DNA of 64,000 nt from Candidatus Uhrbacteria bacterium (GTDB lineage Bacteria; Patescibacteriota; Patescibacteriia; JACQRZ01), in assembly GCA_016186045.1 (NCBI GenBank), contig JACPMJ010000020.1:5435-69434 (forward strand), written 5' to 3'. Made by a program: the position numbers and the translations under genes. A model generated the notes under the pieces. It did not search any database, was not told where the DNA came from, and saw only the letters and a program-made list of their open reading frames with translations. Shown here in pieces: positions 58,790 through 64,000 of the stretch; the stretch's first letter is position 1, and the number at the start of each line of letters is the position of its first letter.

Positions 58790-59479
58790 ATGGCAATAAA
58801 AAAAGTTTTACAAAAAAAAGATCCGATCATGTGCAATGTGTATGGCGCAGACGGTGAGGTTGTGGGAACGCGCGAACTTGTTGCGGATATTTTTAATCGC
58901 GAGATCAAGGAAGGCTTGGTGCATTTGGCAGTTGTCGCGCAAGCCGCAAACGCGCGCACTGTGATCGCGGATACGAAATCCCGCGGCGAAGTGCGTGGCG
59001 GAGGAAAAAAGCCATGGCGGCAAAAAGGAACCGGTCGTGCTCGGCATGGGTCTATCCGGTCTCCGATTTGGCGCGGCGGCGGCATTACGTTCGGTCCACG
59101 CACGGATCGGAATTATGCGTTGAAAATAAATAAGAAAGCAAAAAAGAATGCACTATGCATGGTGTTGAGCGACAAGGCGCGTCAGCAGAATATTATTTTG
59201 ATTGACACGGGCGCATTTCACGCGCAAAAGACAAAAGAAGCGCTTGCACTTTTGAAAAAACTCCCGCTTCAGCTGGATGAAAAACGAAAAAAACAACATG
59301 CGATCGGATGTGTTACGCCGGCCGGCAGCACTGTGGCAAGCCGCGGATTCAGAAATATTCCCTTTGCGCACCTTTTGCCGGTGAACAGCTTGAATATTAT
59401 TGATGTGCTAAACATGAAGAAGTTAGTCATGCCGCTCGCGAGTTTGGACATGATAGAGCGTACCTACGCGAAAAAATAA
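58790..59479 (+). CDS. rplD: 50S ribosomal protein L4
   Basis: RGEVRGGGKKPWRQKGTGRARHGS. Confidence 0.98.
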   Translation: MAIKKVLQKKDPIMCNVYGADGEVVGTRELVADIFNREIKEGLVHLAVVAQAANARTVIADTKSRGEVRGGGKKPWRQKGTGRARHGSIRSPIWRGGGITFGPRTDRNYALKINKKAKKNALCMVLSDKARQQNIILIDTGAFHAQKTKEALALLKKLPLQLDEKRKKQHAIGCVTPAGSTVASRGFRNIPFAHLLPVNSLNIIDVLNMKKLVMPLASLDMIERTYAKK

Positions 59480-59488
59480 CAGTATCAT

Positions 59489-59932
59489 ATGGGATTTCCA
59501 TTTTTTGGAAAGAAGAAAGAGGATACAGGAACAAAAAAACAGGAGCCGCAGGCAAGCACTCTTGTTCTTCGCGATGAGCACGCGTCCGATCATGGCGCAG
59601 AGGATGTAAAAAAGGATGTGGCACCGCTCCAGCGGAGCCGTACCGTGCGGAAGTTTCCGGTGTCGGAACAGAAAGTGATCCTGCGGCCGGTCATGAGCGG
59701 CAAGGCGTTTACAGAAGGTCGGGAACGGTATATATTTGAGGTTGCAAAAACCGCAGGAAAGGTTGAGATAAAGAAAGCATTTTATAATATATACGGTGTG
59801 ATGCCTACACGCGTGCGGACACAGCAACGGGGAAGCAGGGATATTCGCTTTGGCAATATTCGCGGGCAGTCAAAAGCATGGAAAAAGGCAATTATTACAT
59901 TAAAAAAAGGTGAAACGATACATATCGTATAA
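59489..59932 (+). CDS. rplW: 50S ribosomal protein L23 with N-terminal extension
   Basis: ILRPVMSGK...KVEIKKA...WKKAIITL; operon position. Confidence 0.93.
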   Translation: MGFPFFGKKKEDTGTKKQEPQASTLVLRDEHASDHGAEDVKKDVAPLQRSRTVRKFPVSEQKVILRPVMSGKAFTEGRERYIFEVAKTAGKVEIKKAFYNIYGVMPTRVRTQQRGSRDIRFGNIRGQSKAWKKAIITLKKGETIHIV

Positions 59933-59946
59933 GAGGACTGGCATAT

Positions 59947-60777
59947 ATGGCATTACGATTATTCAAACCCACAACCCCCGGACGCCGCCACGCAAGTGTT
60001 TCTGATTTCAGTGGCCTTACGAAAAAACGTCCCCAAAAAAATCTGATTGAGATACGGAAAAAACATTCGGGCAGAAATAATCAGGGAAAAATCACCGTGC
60101 GTCACAGAGGCGGCGGCGTCAAGCGATATTATCGGATAATTGATTTTTTCCGAAAAAAATTTGATATTCCCGCCACAGTCAGCGCCCTTGAATATGATCC
60201 GAATCGATCTGCGCGCATTGCGCTTCTGCAGTATGCGGACGGAGAAAAATCATACATCATCGCTCCTAATGGATTGCAAGTTGGTGAGAATGTCGTCTCA
60301 TCGCAATCCCGTGTGGAAGTCAAGGTAGGCAACCGTGGAACATTTACACATATTCCAGTCGGAACACTAGTACATAGCATAGAGCTGTTTCCCGGGCAGG
60401 GCGGTAAACTTGTGCGATCAGCGGGCGGAGCAGGACGGCTGATGTCAGTGGAGGGAGATATCGCACTCATAAAGCTTCCGTCAGGAGAGGTGCGGAGTTT
60501 TTCAAAACAGTGCATGGCAACCATTGGAGACGTAGGGAATACAGATCATCAGCATGTTCGATATGGAAAGGCAGGACGCAGACGGCTTTTGGGATGGAAA
60601 CCAACGGTTCGCGGGAAAGCCATGAATCCGGTAGACCACCCGCACGGCGGTGGAGAGGGAAACCAGCCGGTCGGGCTGAAGCATCCAAAGACACCGCAAG
60701 GAAAGCCGGCGCTTGGCGTCCGTACGCGAAATAAAAAGAAATGGTCAAACAGATTTATCGTAACACGAAGAACATAA
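59947..60777 (+). CDS. rplB: 50S ribosomal protein L2
   Basis: [25 protein letters not shown]. Confidence 0.99.
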   Translation: MALRLFKPTTPGRRHASVSDFSGLTKKRPQKNLIEIRKKHSGRNNQGKITVRHRGGGVKRYYRIIDFFRKKFDIPATVSALEYDPNRSARIALLQYADGEKSYIIAPNGLQVGENVVSSQSRVEVKVGNRGTFTHIPVGTLVHSIELFPGQGGKLVRSAGGAGRLMSVEGDIALIKLPSGEVRSFSKQCMATIGDVGNTDHQHVRYGKAGRRRLLGWKPTVRGKAMNPVDHPHGGGEGNQPVGLKHPKTPQGKPALGVRTRNKKKWSNRFIVTRRT

Positions 60778-60794
60778 AGGAATAAGAGATATTT

Positions 60795-61136
60795 ATGTCA
60801 CGAAGCATAAAAAAAGGTCCGTTTGTTGATCAGCGACTTCTCAAGAAGCTTTCCAATATCCGCATCGATGAAAAACGTGTGGTGGTGAATACCTGGTCGC
60901 GGGATTGCGTTATTACACCGGAGATGGTAGGATATACCATCGGCGTACATAACGGCAAGACACATATTCCGGTATTTATTGTTGAGCAGATGGTGGGGCA
61001 TCGTTTGGGTGAGTTTTCTCCAACGCGGAAGTTCACACGGCATGGCGGAAAGATGCAGAAAGAACAGGAGCAAAAGGCGGCAGAAGCCGCATCAACAGCG
61101 GCACAAGCAGTGCAAACCCAGCCCGCAAAGAAATAA
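60795..61136 (+). CDS. rpsS: 30S ribosomal protein S19
   Basis: [21 protein letters not shown]. Confidence 0.99.
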   Translation: MSRSIKKGPFVDQRLLKKLSNIRIDEKRVVVNTWSRDCVITPEMVGYTIGVHNGKTHIPVFIVEQMVGHRLGEFSPTRKFTRHGGKMQKEQEQKAAEAASTAAQAVQTQPAKK

Positions 61137-61157
61137 GACACACGCAAAAAACGATAT

Positions 61158-61565
61158 ATGGAAATACACGCAAGAACACGACAGGTACGAATGTCTCCGC
61201 GGAAGGTCCGGCTCATTGCCGGGTTGGTTCGGAATATGGATGCGCGCGCCGCGCTTGACCAGCTGAAATTCACGGCAAAAGCGGCATGTCGTCCCATAGA
61301 AAAAACATTGCGGTCTGCGCTTGCAAACGCAGATCATAATTTCCATATTGATGCGGAGGATTTGAAAATTAAAAAGATTTTTGTTGACAAAGGAACGGTG
61401 CTGAAACGATGGCGAGCGCGGGCATTTGGCCGCGCAGCTCCCATCAAAAAGCATCTCTGCCACATTACTATTGTATTGGACACAAAAGAAGCGGCAGTAT
61501 CTCAATCATCACCAAAGAAAAAAGAAGCGCGGCATAAAAATCAGACGCGCGCACAAAAGAAATAA
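61158..61565 (+). CDS. rplV: 50S ribosomal protein L22
   Basis: SPRKVRL, SALANA, RARAFGRA. Confidence 0.98.
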   Translation: MEIHARTRQVRMSPRKVRLIAGLVRNMDARAALDQLKFTAKAACRPIEKTLRSALANADHNFHIDAEDLKIKKIFVDKGTVLKRWRARAFGRAAPIKKHLCHITIVLDTKEAAVSQSSPKKKEARHKNQTRAQKK

Positions 61566-61584
61566 TGCACAGTACACGATATAT

Positions 61585-62244
61585 ATGGGACAAAAAGTAC
61601 ATCCAAAAATTTTCAGAATAGGAACATTGTTCACTTGGGACTCAAAATGGTTTGCGCGCGGGCAGGAATATGCCGATCGGCTTCGCGAGGATCTTGAGTT
61701 GAAGAAATTTTTAAAAAAAGAACTGAAATCCGCTGGCGTTGCGCGTATTGAAATCGAACGAACTCCGAATGCGCTGACAATACATGTGCATTCTGCGCGC
61801 CCCGGCGTGATCATTGGAAGACAGGGAGCTGGCATTGAAGATTTGAAAAAAAAGATCAAACAGCGTTTCTTCGGATCAAAGAAAATTTCCATCATGATTT
61901 CCGTGAGCGAGGTAGATCAGCCAAACGTGAACGCTCAGCTTGTCGCCCAGGGTATGATTGAAGAATTGGAAAAGCGCATGCCCTATCGCAGAGTATTGAA
62001 ACAGGCGATTGATCGAGTGCAAAAAGCGGGTGCGCGCGGTGTGAAGGTGATGGTTGGTGGACGGTTGAATGGCGCGGAAATCGCAAACAGTGAGATGCTT
62101 ACTTGGGGAAGTGTTCCTTTACACACGATCCGCGCGTATGTGGATTACGCACGTGGCACTGCGCGAACCATGGCAGGAGCCGTCGGCGTAAAGGTGTGGA
62201 TTTATCGTGGCGAAGTATTTGAAGAAAAAGCGCGAAAAAAATAA
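61585..62244 (+). CDS. rpsC: 30S ribosomal protein S3
   Basis: [31 protein letters not shown]. Start set at ATG 61585. Confidence 0.98.
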   Translation: MGQKVHPKIFRIGTLFTWDSKWFARGQEYADRLREDLELKKFLKKELKSAGVARIEIERTPNALTIHVHSARPGVIIGRQGAGIEDLKKKIKQRFFGSKKISIMISVSEVDQPNVNAQLVAQGMIEELEKRMPYRRVLKQAIDRVQKAGARGVKVMVGGRLNGAEIANSEMLTWGSVPLHTIRAYVDYARGTARTMAGAVGVKVWIYRGEVFEEKARKK

Positions 62245-62249
62245 CGCAT

Positions 62250-62663
62250 ATGCTGTTTCCAAAAAAAGTAAAACATAGAAAATGGCACAAAGGGCGCTCG
62301 CGGAATTGTGGATCAGCGTCGCAGACGAAAACTGATGTTTCTTTTGGTGATTTTGGATTGAAGGCGATGGAAGAAGGATGGATGAGTGCGCGGGAGATAG
62401 AAGCGGCACGGCGCGCGATCACGCGATGCATTAAGCGTGGCGGCAAAGTATGGATTCGTATCTTTCCGGACCATCCGGTGACGTTTCACGGGAATGAGAA
62501 CACCATGGGCGGCGGAAAAGGAGCAGTGGATCATTATGTCGCAGTGGTGAAGGCGGGAACAGTATTGTTTGAAATGAGCGGTATTGACGAACCATCAGCA
62601 CAAGAAGCATTGCGCCTTGCAAGCCATAAGCTTTCATTGAAAACGAGATTCGTAAAAAAGTAA
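62250..62663 (+). CDS. rplP: 50S ribosomal protein L16
   Basis: [29 protein letters not shown]. Confidence 0.98.
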   Translation: MLFPKKVKHRKWHKGRSRNCGSASQTKTDVSFGDFGLKAMEEGWMSAREIEAARRAITRCIKRGGKVWIRIFPDHPVTFHGNENTMGGGKGAVDHYVAVVKAGTVLFEMSGIDEPSAQEALRLASHKLSLKTRFVKK

Positions 62664-62681
62664 TTGAGAGGAGAAGGTGTT

Positions 62682-62876
62682 ATGAAAATAAAAGAATTGC
62701 GAGACAAAACAGAGTTGGAGCTGAATCAGCTTTTGCAGGAAAAAAGAATCGCGGTGCGTGAAATGCGTTTTCGCGCCGCTTTACGGGAATTGAAGAATGT
62801 ACGGGACATCAGAAAAGCGCGGAAAACTATCGCACAAATTCTTTCGATTCTTCCGAAGAAAAAAACACACATATAA
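62682..62876 (+). CDS. rpmC: 50S ribosomal protein L29
   Basis: MKIKELR...IRKARKTIAQILS. Confidence 0.95.
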   Translation: MKIKELRDKTELELNQLLQEKRIAVREMRFRAALRELKNVRDIRKARKTIAQILSILPKKKTHI

Positions 62877-62879
62877 TAC

Positions 62880-63146
62880 ATGTTTCGTATGCAAGAAAAA
62901 AATAATCAACGCATATTTCAGGGGGTCGTGGTAAGTGACAAGATGCAAAAGACCATTGTGGTGAAGGTGGAACGTCTTGTCATGCATCCAAAATATAAAA
63001 AGCGATACCACGTGTCGAGGCGGTATAAGGTGCATGATGAAAAGAATGAATATCACATGGGGGATCGGGTGATGTTTTGTGAGACGCGGCCGTTGAGTAA
63101 GGATAAGCGCTGGCGCGTAATCGAAAGAAAGGGACAAACCGTATGA
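62880..63146 (+). CDS. rpsQ: 30S ribosomal protein S17
   Basis: [28 protein letters not shown]. Start may be 62889. Confidence 0.98.
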   Translation: MFRMQEKNNQRIFQGVVVSDKMQKTIVVKVERLVMHPKYKKRYHVSRRYKVHDEKNEYHMGDRVMFCETRPLSKDKRWRVIERKGQTV

Positions 63147-63514
63147 TACAGCATCGTTCAATGCTGGTGTCGGCAGATAATACCGGCGCAAAGAGAATTC
63201 AGTGCATTCGCGTATTGGGCGGCTATAAAAAACGATATGCCCGTGTCGGGGATATTATTACTGTCTCTATCAAAGAAGCGGTTCCGCACAGCCAGGTAAA
63301 GAAAGGAGACGTTGCGCACGCAGTGATTGTCCGGACGCACAAGGAAATTCGCAGAAAGGACGGAACCTATGTGCGCTTTGACGATAATGCGGTCGTGCTT
63401 GTTGATAAAAAAACAAAAGAACCGCGCGGGTCGCGTATCTTTGGCCCGGTTGCTCGGGAGCTGCGCGTGAAAGGATTTACAAAGATTATTTCCCTTGCTC
63501 CGGAGGTATTATAA
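63143..63514 (+). CDS. rplN: 50S ribosomal protein L14
   Basis: [31 protein letters not shown]. Confidence 0.99.
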   Translation: MIQHRSMLVSADNTGAKRIQCIRVLGGYKKRYARVGDIITVSIKEAVPHSQVKKGDVAHAVIVRTHKEIRRKDGTYVRFDDNAVVLVDKKTKEPRGSRIFGPVARELRVKGFTKIISLAPEVL

Positions 63515-63532
63515 ATGTACGCTACTCTGTGT

Positions 63533-63871
63533 ATGAAAATGAAAATTAAAAAAAATGACAAGGTGATCGTGATTGTTGGAAAAGACAAAGGAAAGTCCGG
63601 AACGGTATTGCGCGCAATCCCGGCATTGGGAAAGATTGTCGTAGAAGGAGTGAATATCAAGACCAAACATGTTCGCGTGCGTCGGCAAGGGGAAAAAGGC
63701 CAGAAGATTTTTTTTCCCGCGGCGCTCAATGTATCAAACGTCAAACTGGTGTGCCCCAAATGCGGCGTGCCAACGCGCGTGGGATACCGCATGTTGGATT
63801 CGCGGGATGCGGTATTGAAACAGAAGAAGGATCGGATGTGCAAGAAATGCAAACAGCCGATAAACCAATAG
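63533..63871 (+). CDS. rplX: 50S ribosomal protein L24
   Basis: [27 protein letters not shown]. Start 63533 or 63539. Confidence 0.97.
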   Translation: MKMKIKKNDKVIVIVGKDKGKSGTVLRAIPALGKIVVEGVNIKTKHVRVRRQGEKGQKIFFPAALNVSNVKLVCPKCGVPTRVGYRMLDSRDAVLKQKKDRMCKKCKQPINQ

Positions 63872-63874
63872 CAT

Positions 63875-64000
63875 ATGAAAACATTTTCAGAAACATATCC
63901 CAAAGAAATCATTCCTGCGCTCAAAAAAGAGCTCGGATGTTCCAATGATCGACAAGTGCCTGCGCTTGTGAAGGTGGTAGTGAATGTGGGCGTGGGACGA
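63875..64000 (+). CDS. rplE: 50S ribosomal protein L5 (5' part, runs off the window)
   Basis: Manual translation [21 protein letters not shown]...[14 protein letters not shown]. Confidence 0.93.
   Translation, partial: MKTFSETYPKEIIPALKKELGCSNDRQVPALVKVVVNVGVGR

Noticed and set aside
1-64000. Prophage, rRNA, transposase, retron/DGR or recoded genetic code
   Set aside because: No capsid, terminase, integrase, transposase, reverse transcriptase or rRNA sequence recognised; conserved genes such as fusA end at TGA and RF2 is present.

Overview
Core-chromosome segment of a bacterium that is very probably CPR/Patescibacteria. This is inferred from the CPR-type giant surface protein, the DUF5663- and DUF5667-like genes, a split ComEC, the type IV pilus cluster and the near absence of Shine-Dalgarno sites. 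TGA is used as a stop and RF2 is present, so the code is 11. Left to right the window holds: partial infB; two hypotheticals; a minus-strand smpB-ssrA(tmRNA)-infC-rpmI-rplT unit; an AI-2E permease; an ECF sigma with a DUF5667 partner; a cell-surface block (S-layer-like protein, TPR proteins, fibre-like protein, S8 and HtrA proteases); prfB with its +1 programmed frameshift; split comEC around a D,D-carboxypeptidase; ndk and alr; a HK/RR-pilB-pilC-pilin cluster; tyrS; an accessory patch around tRNA-Pro; rpmB; and the str and S10 operons up to partial rplE. The most unusual structures are non-coding. (1) Four interlocking heptamer-periodic inverted repeats bracket ssrA and smpB in competing pairings, next to the smpB and infC start codons. 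(2) An intact tRNA-Pro(GGG) with a 10-bp stem extension is nested between the 5' and 3' fragments of a second tRNA-Pro-like gene. (3) A palindromic element that is also an exact gap-filling 50-codon ORF sits before prfB. (4) A MITE/REP-like family occurs in five copies. All calls come from manual reading; no searches or folding programs were run.
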